The position numbers and the translations under genes were made by a program. DNA of 64,000 nucleotides from Candidatus Nanoarchaeia archaeon (GTDB lineage: Archaea; Nanobdellota; Nanobdellia; Woesearchaeales; GW2011-AR9), in NCBI GenBank assembly GCA_035288985.1, contig DATDYP010000011.1, positions 7,673 to 71,672 on the forward strand. The letters are read 5' to 3'. Under the pieces are notes generated by a model. The model saw nothing but the letters and a program-made list of their open reading frames with translations. It was not told the origin of the DNA and made no database searches. Shown piece after piece: positions 27,969 to 37,478 of the stretch; position 1 is the stretch's first letter; each line of letters starts with the position of its first letter.

Positions 27969-28532
27969 TCATGCTGTTTTTACGTTTGTCTCTTTAAACA
28001 GTTCACACCACTGATTGAACTTTTCAACCTTGTCCTTTCCGAATTTAGCTAGCTCATCCCTGATCTTTTTTAAAGATTTTTCTTCTGTAAGATACATTGG
28101 ATCTTTTGAATAAAAGCAATCTGCGAAACAGATTATCTCTTCTTCAAGTGAGATCGGATTCATATCCCTTTTAGGGATGGGCAGCTTGTTTTTTTCGATC
28201 TCTGGTTTGGAAATACCCACCCCTGTATGCCTCTCGCAGACTAAAGCATGTTTGGATAGCCCTTCCTTTTCCAACACTTCCCGCCCTAGATAACCATGAC
28301 AAATATAAGGCTTGTCGCCATGGCAGCCTATATCCTGGGCATCTGTTTTGAAAATGCCGATATCATGCAGCATGGCCGCTTCCTGGATAAATTGCAGATC
28401 CGGTTTACGTTCAGGAATGCGTTTAGCAATTTCCAAGGCTTTCTTTGTGACCATAGCCGCATGGATAACAAAGATCTTATGTTCCTTAGAACCGGGCTGG
28501 TAATATTTTTCAATGATCTGGAGAGGCTGCAT
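27969..28532 (-). CDS. HD-domain phosphohydrolase
   Basis: Has the H...HD motif (AAMLHDIGIF) and a downstream His/Asp metal ligand (CHGYLG...ERHTG); 187 aa. Confidence 0.65.
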   Translation of the reverse strand: MQPLQIIEKYYQPGSKEHKIFVIHAAMVTKKALEIAKRIPERKPDLQFIQEAAMLHDIGIFKTDAQDIGCHGDKPYICHGYLGREVLEKEGLSKHALVCERHTGVGISKPEIEKNKLPIPKRDMNPISLEEEIICFADCFYSKDPMYLTEEKSLKKIRDELAKFGKDKVEKFNQWCELFKETNVKTA

Positions 28533-28579
28533 TTATTTTTTAGTAAGCTAATACTATTTAAATTTTAGTATCTGTTACA

Positions 28580-29176
28580 TTAGCCAAGAAAATATTTGCC
28601 ATGTTTTTCAAACCATTTCCGGTCTTTATTCACCCTATAATGTTTGGGATCAGCTATGAGCCTGTCTGCAGTGACTATCTTAAAGCCATTTTTCAAACCG
28701 CCGACTGCAGTCTCCTGGACGCAGAAAGAGGCATTAATGCCCATAAGATAAATTTCAGCAACATTCCATTCTTGCAAAACGGAAGTCGCTTCTGGGTTAA
28801 CGAATCCGTCATCATCAACTTTTGTAAGAACCCTGTGCCTGGGCACTGCTGTTACAGCTTCATTTAATGGAAAGATTGTGGTGCCATCACCTTCATATTC
28901 AAATACCAAAACTGGAAGATCAAATCTAGAGCAATAATATAAGACTTTTAATTGTGAAAGAACCATATGAATACTTTCCTGCTCTTCAATCTCTCCCAAA
29001 AACTTCTCTTGCATATCAACTAAAACAAAAGCCCTGCCTTCCTCAGCCGACAGGAATGTTTCTAATCCTGCTCTGCCTTGATGTTCTCTGTTTCTGGGAA
29101 AGGTATTCAGAGAATAATCTCTATTAATATCATTAGGAAGCAAATTTCTCAATCGTTCATATAAACCAGCTGCCAT
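28580..29176 (-). CDS. Isochorismatase-family cysteine hydrolase (nicotinamidase-like)
   Basis: FVLVDMQEKF (the Asp of the catalytic triad) and GINASFCVQETA (the nucleophilic Cys region); 198 aa. Somewhat AT-rich. Confidence 0.55.
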   Translation of the reverse strand: MAAGLYERLRNLLPNDINRDYSLNTFPRNREHQGRAGLETFLSAEEGRAFVLVDMQEKFLGEIEEQESIHMVLSQLKVLYYCSRFDLPVLVFEYEGDGTTIFPLNEAVTAVPRHRVLTKVDDDGFVNPEATSVLQEWNVAEIYLMGINASFCVQETAVGGLKNGFKIVTADRLIADPKHYRVNKDRKWFEKHGKYFLG

Positions 29177-29279
29177 TCAACCTCATTTTTGAGGTTAATT
29201 TATTAATTTTATCTAAAGTTAGGCTTTTATGAACACTCCTTCAGTATCTTTTTAAAGTGTTAATTAGCTTTTCATAAAT

Positions 29280-29765
29280 ATGGATAGAGTGGCTTATTTT
29301 AACTGGGTAAGAGATATCCCATATTGTTTACCTCTTGATCAAGAAGAACAAGATTATTCCTGTCAAGGTAAACATGTCATGTTGGCGAAATTACTAAGAA
29401 AAACTGGTCTAGAGGTAAGGCCCAGAGTTTGTGAGGCACGTTGGACTGATCTTCAACTTCCTCAAGAAATAACGACTATCACCCACGATAATGAGATCCT
29501 GCATCTATATCTTGAAGTAAAAATTAATGGAAAATGGTACAACATCGACGCTAGTTTTGATAAAGGTCTTGAAGGAGTTCTCCCTGTAAGCGAATGGGAT
29601 GGTCAACATGGTACAAAACTTTGTGTAAAGCCACTCACAATTTATTCCCCAAAAGAAAGTTTACAAATGTGTCAAGAAGAAGATGACTACAGCGAAGATT
29701 TAGCTAGGAACAGAGATTTCTACCTAGCTTTTAATAATTGGTTACAAAGTGTACGAAAAACTTAA
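29280..29765 (+). CDS. Transglutaminase-like superfamily protein (Cys-His-Asp core)
   Basis: [18 protein letters not shown] (Cys) and [18 protein letters not shown] (His, Asp), with spacing typical of the transglutaminase-like cysteine-protease fold; 161 aa. Confidence 0.5.
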   Translation: MDRVAYFNWVRDIPYCLPLDQEEQDYSCQGKHVMLAKLLRKTGLEVRPRVCEARWTDLQLPQEITTITHDNEILHLYLEVKINGKWYNIDASFDKGLEGVLPVSEWDGQHGTKLCVKPLTIYSPKESLQMCQEEDDYSEDLARNRDFYLAFNNWLQSVRKT

Positions 29766-31171
29766 TACCTATAATGCTCTGGCTTGTAGGGCCCTTGTTT
29801 AGGGATGCCTAAATACGTTGCCTGCTGGTCGGTTAATTCGTCAATCTCCACGCCAATTTTTTTCAGGTGCAGCCTGGCCACTTCTTCGTCAAGTTTTTTG
29901 GGCAAGACAAACACGCCAGTTCCATATTTATTCTTCCACAAGTCTAGCTGAGCTAGAACCTGGTTGGTGAACGAATTGCTCATCACAAACGAAGGATGTC
30001 CAGTCGCACAGCCAAGATTTACCAGTCTTCCTTCAGCGAGAATGTAAATTTCCTTGCCATTCAAGGCGTATTTGTCATACTGCGGTTTGATATTCTCCTT
30101 CACCGCGCCGGATTTATTGTTGAGCCAGTCCATGTCGATCTCGTTGTCGAAATGTCCGATATTGCAGACAATGGCCTGGTCTTTCATGGCTTTGAAATGC
30201 CGGTCCACGATGATCCCATAATTTCCCGTTGAGGTGACGAAAATATCCCCTTCCCTGACAGCGTCATCCATTTTCTTGACTTCATACCCTTCCATGGCTG
30301 CCTGCAGGGCATTGATAGGGTCTATTTCGGTTACGATAACCCTGCAACCAAAGCCGCGCAATGATTGGGCGCAGCCTTTTCCAACATCACCATAACCGGC
30401 AACGACAGCGACTTTCCCTGCCAGCATCACATCAGTAGCTCTTTTAAGACCGTCAACAAGGGATTCCCGGCAGCCATATAAATTATCAAATTTGGATTTG
30501 GTAACAGAATCATTAACATTGATGGCAGGAAATAAAAGTTTTCCTTCCCGCATCATTTGGTATAGCCTATGAACACCGGTTGTTGTTTCTTCAGAGACTC
30601 CTCTCACACCTTTGGCAACGTTAGTCCAGGTATCTTTATGTTTGGAATACATCTCTTTAAGAGAGGCTATCAATTCCAGGAAATCGGCTCCTTCATGCTG
30701 GTAGTTTTTGTCCAACAAAGAAGGATTTTTCTCCACTTCCACTCCTTTATGGATCATCAACGTAGCATCCCCACCGTCATCAACGATCAAGTTTGGTCCA
30801 GAGCCATCAGGGAAAGTTAATGCTTTTAATGTGCACCACCAGTATTCTTTCAAGTTTTCCCCTTTCCAGGCAAAGACTGGAATTCCGGCTTTAGCAATAG
30901 CAGCGGCAGCATGATCCTGCGTAGAGAAAATATTACAAGAAGCCCAGCGTACTTGCGCTCCTAAAGCAGTCAGTGTTTCAATAAGAACGGCAGTCTGGAT
31001 GGTCATATGTAAAGAGCCGGTAATCTTAGCTCCTTTCAGCGGCTTTTCCTGGGCATACTTTTCCCGTAAAGCCATCAAGCCAGGCATTTCTTTTTCTGCA
31101 ATAGTAATCTCTTTTCTTCCCCACTCTGCGAGGGAGATGTCTTTGACTTTGTAATCTTGTTGTAGATTCAT
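29762..31171 (-). CDS. ahcY: S-adenosyl-L-homocysteine hydrolase (adenosylhomocysteinase)
   Basis: Full-length homolog. NAD-binding motif is [12 protein letters not shown]; catalytic-domain motifs include [13 protein letters not shown] and [16 protein letters not shown]; 469 aa. Confidence 0.9.
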   Translation of the reverse strand: MNLQQDYKVKDISLAEWGRKEITIAEKEMPGLMALREKYAQEKPLKGAKITGSLHMTIQTAVLIETLTALGAQVRWASCNIFSTQDHAAAAIAKAGIPVFAWKGENLKEYWWCTLKALTFPDGSGPNLIVDDGGDATLMIHKGVEVEKNPSLLDKNYQHEGADFLELIASLKEMYSKHKDTWTNVAKGVRGVSEETTTGVHRLYQMMREGKLLFPAINVNDSVTKSKFDNLYGCRESLVDGLKRATDVMLAGKVAVVAGYGDVGKGCAQSLRGFGCRVIVTEIDPINALQAAMEGYEVKKMDDAVREGDIFVTSTGNYGIIVDRHFKAMKDQAIVCNIGHFDNEIDMDWLNNKSGAVKENIKPQYDKYALNGKEIYILAEGRLVNLGCATGHPSFVMSNSFTNQVLAQLDLWKNKYGTGVFVLPKKLDEEVARLHLKKIGVEIDELTDQQATYLGIPKQGPYKPEHYRY

Positions 31172-31303
31172 GGTAGTACCTCTTTTGAAGGTTTATTGTA
31201 AACGATATATAAAGTTTTGTGAAATAAGGGACTATAAAAAGCGTGATAAGTAAATGGCTACTGAGACTAAAGAATAAGTTGTTTCATAATAGAGTTAAGG
31301 GGA

Positions 31304-31993
31304 TTACCTATATTTTTGATCCACTTCCAGGCTACGAATACATTCCCCACAAAACCATGCTTGATTTAGCCTCGTGATTAAATCGTCGAGTCCTGCATCA
31401 AATCGTTTTTGGCCGCCGACAAGAAAATGGCCTTCTCTTGGATGCGGCGTTTGGACATCAGCAACCTGGTATAAAACGCAATCATTGTTAGGGCAATGGG
31501 GACCAGTTGAAACAGTATATCCTGTTTGAGCATTGACCCAAGTAGCATCCTGCAAATGCCCTCCTTTAACAACATCATGCCCGATTTCATGTAAGGCTAT
31601 TGCTGCTAATCTTTGAAGATAGAGGTTTTCAGGGATTTCCAACTCTTTTCCAGGACTGCTGTCCCTGCCCTTCAAACGTGAAGTAGAGATAACAATAGAA
31701 GTTTTAGGAGGATTGTCTTGTTCGTACGCAAAACACCAATTATCTTCCCGGCTTTCATCATTAAAATAGATGTCTCGCGAGGTTAAAACAATAATTTTTT
31801 TTCCTCTTGTCTGGCTGTAAAGATGTTCAGAGATTCTATCACAAGAATGCCAAAAAGCATTAAACCTTTCAAGTCGTTCAAACAGGTGTGAAAGGTCTTC
31901 AGATTGGAGAGCGCAGTCAACAGAAAGCACTTCCTCAACTATTTTAGCGATGTGGTTAGCTTCAGAATCCAAGGCTTCATGAATAATTATCAT
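31304..31993 (-). CDS. amzA: Archaemetzincin (zinc metalloprotease AmzA)
   Basis: HEIGHDVVKGGHLQDAT followed by CPNNDCV ... CGEC matches the archaemetzincin HExxHxxGxxH plus the Cys4 second zinc site. Confidence 0.75.
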   Translation of the reverse strand: MIIIHEALDSEANHIAKIVEEVLSVDCALQSEDLSHLFERLERFNAFWHSCDRISEHLYSQTRGKKIIVLTSRDIYFNDESREDNWCFAYEQDNPPKTSIVISTSRLKGRDSSPGKELEIPENLYLQRLAAIALHEIGHDVVKGGHLQDATWVNAQTGYTVSTGPHCPNNDCVLYQVADVQTPHPREGHFLVGGQKRFDAGLDDLITRLNQAWFCGECIRSLEVDQKYR

Positions 31994-32115
31994 TTATGTT
32001 ATCCTAGAGAAGGTATTTATTAACATTCCGCCCTTTATTCCGATTTTATATTTTCTGCAAGAATAATTATATCCCTCATCAAAACCTTAATAAACATCCA
32101 ATCTTTCTTCCATCC

Positions 32116-33405
32116 ATGCCCAGCACAGGTGATGTAGTCAAAATAACGACAAAGAAAGGCGCTGAAGAAGGAGTACTGCTGCCCAGCCCTGACAAGAATG
32201 TTCTGATCATCAAATTACAGAGCGGCTACAATATGGGATTTGAGAAGAAAGATGTGAAAAAAATCACTGTTGTCAAAAAAGCTGCACAGACAAGACCGCC
32301 TGTGAAAAAAGTCACTAAAAACAAAAATCTTCCAACCATCTCGATTTTACATACCGGCGGAACTATCGCCAGCAAAGTGGATTACAGAACTGGCGGCGTA
32401 ACTACTGACTTCAGCCCGGAAGAGTTAGTGGCCATGTTTCCTGAACTTAAAAACATCGCCAATATTGAATCAGAGCTCATTGCCCAGATGTGGAGCGATG
32501 ATCTGCGGTTTGCACATTTTCCCCTTATTGCTAAAGCGATTGAGAAGCATGTCCAGAAAGGAGTGAAAGGAATTATTGTTGGCATAGGCACGGATAATTT
32601 GGCAGTCGCTTCAGCAGCATTATCATTCATCGTGGAATCTTCACCAGTTCCAATATTATTTGTAGGATCGCAGCGTTCTTCAGATCGGGGCAGCAGTGAT
32701 GCAGCCATGAATCTCATCTGTGCTGCGGAATTCATCACCAAAACAGATTTTGGCGGAGTAGGGATCTGTATGCACGAATCGGAAGATGACTCCTCTTGCG
32801 TCATCCTGCCTGCCGCAAAAACATATAAATTACACTCTTCGCGGAGAGATGCGTTTAAAGCGATTAATGCCAGCCCCATTGCTCGTGTTGATTATAACAG
32901 CAGGAAGATAACATTTGTAGAAAAGCACTATATGCAAAAATCGTCAAAATTAGTACTCAAACCAAAAATGGAAGAGAAAGTAGGCTTGCTCAAAATTCAT
33001 ATCAACATGTCACCGGAACAATTTGCTTTCTTCAAGGGCTACAAAGGCCTGGTCATTGAAGGAACTGGCTTAGGACATACACCCGGACAAGTTCCAAACA
33101 AAGAAAGTACGATCCACAAAAAAATCTACCCCGCAATGAAAGCAGTTATCGATTCAGGCTGTGTAGTAGTCATGACCACGCAATGCCTATTTGGCGGCGT
33201 GAATATGAATGTCTATGACAAGGGCAGGGATCTCCAGGAATTAGGCGTTCTCTCAGCAAAGGACATGCTTGCTAATACTGCTTTGGTGAAATTATCATGG
33301 CTGTTAGGAAATTATCCAAAAGAAAAAGTAAAAGAACTAGTGGGTACAAATCTAAGAGGAGAGATAAACGAACAATTAATGTATGAAAGAGATTTTTTAC
33401 GTTAG
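32116..33405 (+). CDS. gatD: Glutamyl-tRNA(Gln) amidotransferase subunit D (GatD)
   Basis: N-terminal GatD-specific domain plus an asparaginase-like domain (ILHTGGTIAS, GIIVGIGTDNLA, HTPGQVP); 429 aa, archaea-specific. Confidence 0.85.
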   Translation: MPSTGDVVKITTKKGAEEGVLLPSPDKNVLIIKLQSGYNMGFEKKDVKKITVVKKAAQTRPPVKKVTKNKNLPTISILHTGGTIASKVDYRTGGVTTDFSPEELVAMFPELKNIANIESELIAQMWSDDLRFAHFPLIAKAIEKHVQKGVKGIIVGIGTDNLAVASAALSFIVESSPVPILFVGSQRSSDRGSSDAAMNLICAAEFITKTDFGGVGICMHESEDDSSCVILPAAKTYKLHSSRRDAFKAINASPIARVDYNSRKITFVEKHYMQKSSKLVLKPKMEEKVGLLKIHINMSPEQFAFFKGYKGLVIEGTGLGHTPGQVPNKESTIHKKIYPAMKAVIDSGCVVVMTTQCLFGGVNMNVYDKGRDLQELGVLSAKDMLANTALVKLSWLLGNYPKEKVKELVGTNLRGEINEQLMYERDFLR

Positions 33406-33455
33406 ACTGATACAATTAATATACAGTAAAAATATACGGTCAAAGAGGTGTTGGC

Positions 33456-33719
33456 ATGAACAAGGCAGGATGTTTAATGTTATTAATCTCATTATTTTCA
33501 GTATTCTTACTTTCCTGCACTCCAGCAGAAAAAGTATGTTCAATCGATAGTGATTGTGTTCCTGCTGCCTGCTGCCATGCTACCGATGCGGTCAATGCAG
33601 AACACGGCCCGGACTGCAGGGGAGTTTTCTGTACAGCAGTCTGTCAGCCTGGCACGCTCGACTGCGGGCAAGGAAAAGTAAATTGCATCTCCGGACAATG
33701 CACGGCGGTGATTGAATGA
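33456..33719 (+). CDS. Small secreted Cys-rich protein (possible lipoprotein)
   Basis: Signal peptide with LLSC lipobox-like site. The 60-aa mature region has 12 Cys (CSIDSDCVPAACCHATDAV...). The stop overlaps the start of the VIT1 gene (ATGA), indicating co-transcription. Confidence 0.5.
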   Translation: MNKAGCLMLLISLFSVFLLSCTPAEKVCSIDSDCVPAACCHATDAVNAEHGPDCRGVFCTAVCQPGTLDCGQGKVNCISGQCTAVIE

Positions 33720-34402
33720 GAGAACGGATGAAAGGCGTAGTCCGTGACTTTGTCTTCGGCATGGAGGATGGGTTAGTATCTAATCTAGGTCTGGTTTTGG
33801 GCGTGTATGTAGGAGGAGGAAACACTTTTACCATTGTTCTGGCCGGACTGGCCAGCATGTTTGCCGGAGCATTTTCCATGTCAGCTGGCAGTTATCTCTC
33901 TGCCAAAGCACAGCGGGAAGTCTATGAGCATGAAATAGAAGAAACAAGAAATTTTTTGGAAAAAAATCCGCGCAAGTGTTACGACAACATGAAAACGGCG
34001 CTGATGAAAGAAGGCCTGGGAAAAACCGAGATTGATGCGCTCTTTAAGAAATCATCTAAGTATAAACATCCCGAATTTGTATGTAATTATATGGTCCAGA
34101 AAAAAGTAGGAATATCCAAGGAAAAGCTAGACGCTCCCTTAGAGAATGCCCTAACGATGTTCCTTTCCTTTTTAGTGGGGTCGGCATTTCCCATCATGCC
34201 GTTCATCTTTCTTTCCTCAGGAATGACTGCTGTCAAGGTGGCAGTGGTTCTTACCATCTCAGTGCTATTCATGGTAGGCTGGGCCAAGACCTATTTCACA
34301 CGGCGCAGTTGGTTCAAGTCTGGGATGGAAGTAGTGATAGTTGGCGTAGGAGCTGGAATTATCGGCTATCTGGTCGGCTGGCTGGTTGGAATTATAGCCT
34401 GA
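33716..34402 (+). CDS. VIT1/CCC1-family iron/manganese transporter
   Basis: FGMEDGLVSNLGLVLGV at the N-terminus and 5 TM helices, giving the CCC1-like topology; 228 aa. Confidence 0.7.
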   Translation: MRERMKGVVRDFVFGMEDGLVSNLGLVLGVYVGGGNTFTIVLAGLASMFAGAFSMSAGSYLSAKAQREVYEHEIEETRNFLEKNPRKCYDNMKTALMKEGLGKTEIDALFKKSSKYKHPEFVCNYMVQKKVGISKEKLDAPLENALTMFLSFLVGSAFPIMPFIFLSSGMTAVKVAVVLTISVLFMVGWAKTYFTRRSWFKSGMEVVIVGVGAGIIGYLVGWLVGIIA

Positions 34403-34759
34403 GCAGGGGAAGCTTCCTAAAAAGTCTAACTATATACAAACTATACAGAATAGAGTCAAATATTATATAATTCAATTGTCTCTATCCTTTGAAATGGTGA
34501 CTTCCCTTACTCCAGCGCAACGGGATCATCTTGAAAGATTGAGACGGGAACAAAATCCTGGAAAGTACCGTGAACAACCACGGCAGCAGCCTCTTTGGCT
34601 TCCTTTGGAAGAACGGCTGCCGCAGGGAAACCCTTCTCCGGAACAGAATGTGCTTTCTTCGTATCAGGTATGCTACGTCTTTAAATCTTCTTACAATTGT
34701 TGAGATTATTTCTCTTCTCTCACAAAAACATTTTTAATATTCTTTCATTCCCTAAGGTC

Positions 34760-35308
34760 ATGAAACCGCTTCCTGCCTCGTTTTTTGCCCGAGATACTGT
34801 AGAGGTAGCAAAAGATCTGCTGGGGAAAATTATTTCTGTCAATGGATTCAAGGGCAGAATCGTGGAAACAGAAGCATATGGACGTGACCCTGCATCGCAT
34901 GCCTTTACTAAAACTGAACGAAGCGCGTTGATGTTTGATACCCATGCTTATGTGTATGTATACTTAATCTATGGGATGTACCATTGCCTGAATTTTACGT
35001 CTGACCGGCATAATGCTGGAGCTGTTTTAATCCGGGCAGTCGAGCCTCTGAATAATATTGAGGAATTGAAAAGGATCCGAAAAAACAACAAAATTACCAG
35101 TCTTTGTTCTGGTCCTGGAAAGCTATGTCAGGCCTTTGGAATCAACAAGAAACATAACGGTTTAAAATTGGGGGGGAAAATTACAGTTTTTGATGACGGC
35201 TTTACGGTAGGAAGCATTGCCACAAGTTCCAGAATTGGCATTAAAGATGCCTTGGATTTACAATGGAGATTTTATAGTAAAGACAACCAGTTTGTGAGCA
35301 GACGCTGA
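34760..35308 (+). CDS. mpg: 3-methyladenine DNA glycosylase (AAG/Mpg family)
   Basis: FFARDTVEVAKDLLGK...GRIVETEAYG...DPASHAF...HAYVYVYLIYGMYHCLN matches the Mpg/AAG fold. Start chosen at the ATG at 34760. Confidence 0.75.
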   Translation: MKPLPASFFARDTVEVAKDLLGKIISVNGFKGRIVETEAYGRDPASHAFTKTERSALMFDTHAYVYVYLIYGMYHCLNFTSDRHNAGAVLIRAVEPLNNIEELKRIRKNNKITSLCSGPGKLCQAFGINKKHNGLKLGGKITVFDDGFTVGSIATSSRIGIKDALDLQWRFYSKDNQFVSRR

Positions 35309-35603
35309 GAAACTATACTTGACATTCGCTTGGATTAAGAATTATTTCCTAACCAAACCCTTCTTGATGTTAGCCATCAATTTGTCAATCTGTGCAGGAT
35401 CTACATTATCATACCGAGTTTGCGGTTTGACTTCCTTGTTATCCAGGGCACTTTGCAGCATGGAAGCAACAAAAATAGAGGCGCCATCTTTTTTAAGAGG
35501 TTGTTTTTGATTCATAAGACAACAAGTAAAATGTTAGGATATTTAAGGTTTATTGTTGCACACAGTTAATCTTTTAAACTAGAAGTGGATTTTTCTGTTC
35601 CAT

Positions 35604-35709
35604 GCGAGGGTGGGAGAGCGGCCAAATCCGCCACCTTGAGATGTAGTACAACTACACAAGAAGGGGTGGTCCCTTAGTGGGTACGCGTGTTCGAATCACG
35701 TCCCTCGCA
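35604..35709 (+). tRNA. tRNA-Leu (anticodon GAG) with a roughly 22-nt intron 3' of position 37; no encoded CCA
   Basis: The acceptor stem GCGAGGG/CCCTCGC is perfect, with U8 and discriminator A. A 3-bp D-stem (GGA/TCC) carries an 11-nt D-loop containing GG. The anticodon stem is CCACC/GGTGG and the loop is UUGAGA|intron|G. There is a long variable arm (CCC-TTAGT-GGG) and a T-arm GCGTG-TTCGAAT-CACGT. TTTTAAA lies about 28 nt upstream and a T5 run lies downstream. Confidence 0.7.
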
Positions 35710-35713
35710 TGTT

Positions 35714-36154
35714 TCATTTTTCTAACTTCTTATCCATCCAAACATACTGATGACCTTCTGTAAAACCTTCTTGTTTCATAAAATCGATGATCTTCCCACC
35801 GCTTTTGGCCCAGCCGTAGATATACGAAATACCTCTTTGTTTCAGCTCTTCTTCACACTGCTGGTACAACCGTTTGGCAATACCTTGTCTACGATGTTCA
35901 GGGTGGACGGCAAGATACACCAAACAAGCATATCGTTCCGGCCGTTCCACATCCTGTGTATTTGCATAGATGAAACCAACAACAGATTTTTCCGTTTCGG
36001 CAAGGAGAAAGACACTGGCAGGATTCCCTATGCAATACCTTAATTCATCAAGAGACATGAACGGCTCGGTAGCGCTCGCTCTGAACTCAGGAGTCTTGCT
36101 GGCAAGATCATATAACACAACAAAATCATCAATAGTCGCTCTGCGAATATTCAT
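35714..36154 (-). CDS. GNAT-family N-acetyltransferase
   Basis: Acetyl-CoA-binding motif HPEHRRQGIAKRLYQQCEEELKQRG; 146 aa. Confidence 0.7.
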   Translation of the reverse strand: MNIRRATIDDFVVLYDLASKTPEFRASATEPFMSLDELRYCIGNPASVFLLAETEKSVVGFIYANTQDVERPERYACLVYLAVHPEHRRQGIAKRLYQQCEEELKQRGISYIYGWAKSGGKIIDFMKQEGFTEGHQYVWMDKKLEK

Positions 36155-36157
36155 ACT

Positions 36158-37453
36158 TTATTTCCTCAACCATTCCACGATCAGATCCACAGCAACAACA
36201 ACCTTCGTGCAAAACTTTTTTGTGAACCCAGAAGGCAACTCCTTACTAAGAGGAATTTTATAACTCTCTTCAAGAGCCTTGCCGCCATCAAAATCAACAT
36301 AGGCCAGCCTGGCAGTTAATTCTTCCTTTGCCCTTCCAAATACGGCTCCGGGAAGTATCGCTACTCCCGTATCCTGAAGAAGTTTTTCACATAATTCGGT
36401 GCTGGTTCGTATTCCCCTCTTTTCTAACTTCTTTGCAAAAGGGGAAAAGTCAATAAAATGATAAAATCCTCCCTGAGGGATGTGAACCTGGCAGCCTGTT
36501 GCAGACAGTTTTTTAGCACTTTCACTGCCGAGCGCAGAAAAAATACGCCGCACGTGCTTCAGATATGTCTCAAGATCTTCCCCCCCCTTGAAGGCAGTTA
36601 TTGCTGCATGCTGTATCGGCGAGCTTACCGAAGAAAAGGTTTCACTGGCAACTGTTGCCATTGCATTCCTCAGCGCGGACAATTGTGGAGGAAATACAAA
36701 TGTCCCTAGCCGCCATCCGCCGGCTGCACACCATTTCGATAATCCTGAACAGACTATTGTTCCTTCCGGATAGAAGCGCGCAACTGAAATATGTTTCCCC
36801 TGATGATGGATCTGCCCGTAAATCTCGTCTGAAAGAATGATCAGGTTATGCTTCCTGGCTACGGCCGCTATTTCCCTAAGTTGTCCCTCTGTATAAGTCG
36901 TGCCAGAAGGATTGCCCGGATAATTTAAGATTAATAAGGAGCGGCTCTTACTTCTTGCCGTAGTTTTGCATGCCTCAGCCAGTGATTCCGGGCTGATCAG
37001 CCATTGATCAGTAAAGCTGGTGTGCAAGACTTGAAATTTATTTCCAAGAATTCTTGCCTGGGATTCGTAGGAAACCCAATAGGGACTGGAAAGGATAATC
37101 TTCCCGTCAAAGGCAAGCTGCAAGAGAAACAGCAGTTCCTTGGTTCCAGGGCCAATCACAACATCATCTGCCTGGACACTAAGCAGATCTTTTTTCCTAT
37201 GAAAGTCTGCCACGGCTTCCCGTAACGCCTGCAACCCTTTTACTGGTAAATAGCGGTTTTGTGCAGCATTTTGAGCAAGCGAACGTACTACTTCCTTCGG
37301 GATGGGGAAAGGAGACTCTCCCAAACCAAGATTGTATACAGCTTTGCCTTGCTTCTGCAGCTCAGCACATTTTTGGTTGAGAGCAAATGTCGGAGAAACA
37401 CCCATCCCTTGCAGCTGCGGATTGATAGGATCTGAAGCAGTCATTTTCCGCAA
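36158..37453 (-). CDS. PLP-dependent aminotransferase, class I/II
   Basis: PLP-lysine region SKWCAAGGWRLG; fold-type-I layout including NYPGNPSG; 431 aa. Confidence 0.7.
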   Translation of the reverse strand: MRKMTASDPINPQLQGMGVSPTFALNQKCAELQKQGKAVYNLGLGESPFPIPKEVVRSLAQNAAQNRYLPVKGLQALREAVADFHRKKDLLSVQADDVVIGPGTKELLFLLQLAFDGKIILSSPYWVSYESQARILGNKFQVLHTSFTDQWLISPESLAEACKTTARSKSRSLLILNYPGNPSGTTYTEGQLREIAAVARKHNLIILSDEIYGQIHHQGKHISVARFYPEGTIVCSGLSKWCAAGGWRLGTFVFPPQLSALRNAMATVASETFSSVSSPIQHAAITAFKGGEDLETYLKHVRRIFSALGSESAKKLSATGCQVHIPQGGFYHFIDFSPFAKKLEKRGIRTSTELCEKLLQDTGVAILPGAVFGRAKEELTARLAYVDFDGGKALEESYKIPLSKELPSGFTKKFCTKVVVAVDLIVEWLRK

Positions 37454-37478
37454 TTAAGTGCTGGTGGAGTATATAAAA

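Noticed and set aside
34476-34703. 75-aa ORF between the VIT1 gene and mpg
   Set aside because: Low-complexity Gln/Pro/Arg-rich translation and no motif. It overlaps the likely mpg promoter, so it is probably non-coding.
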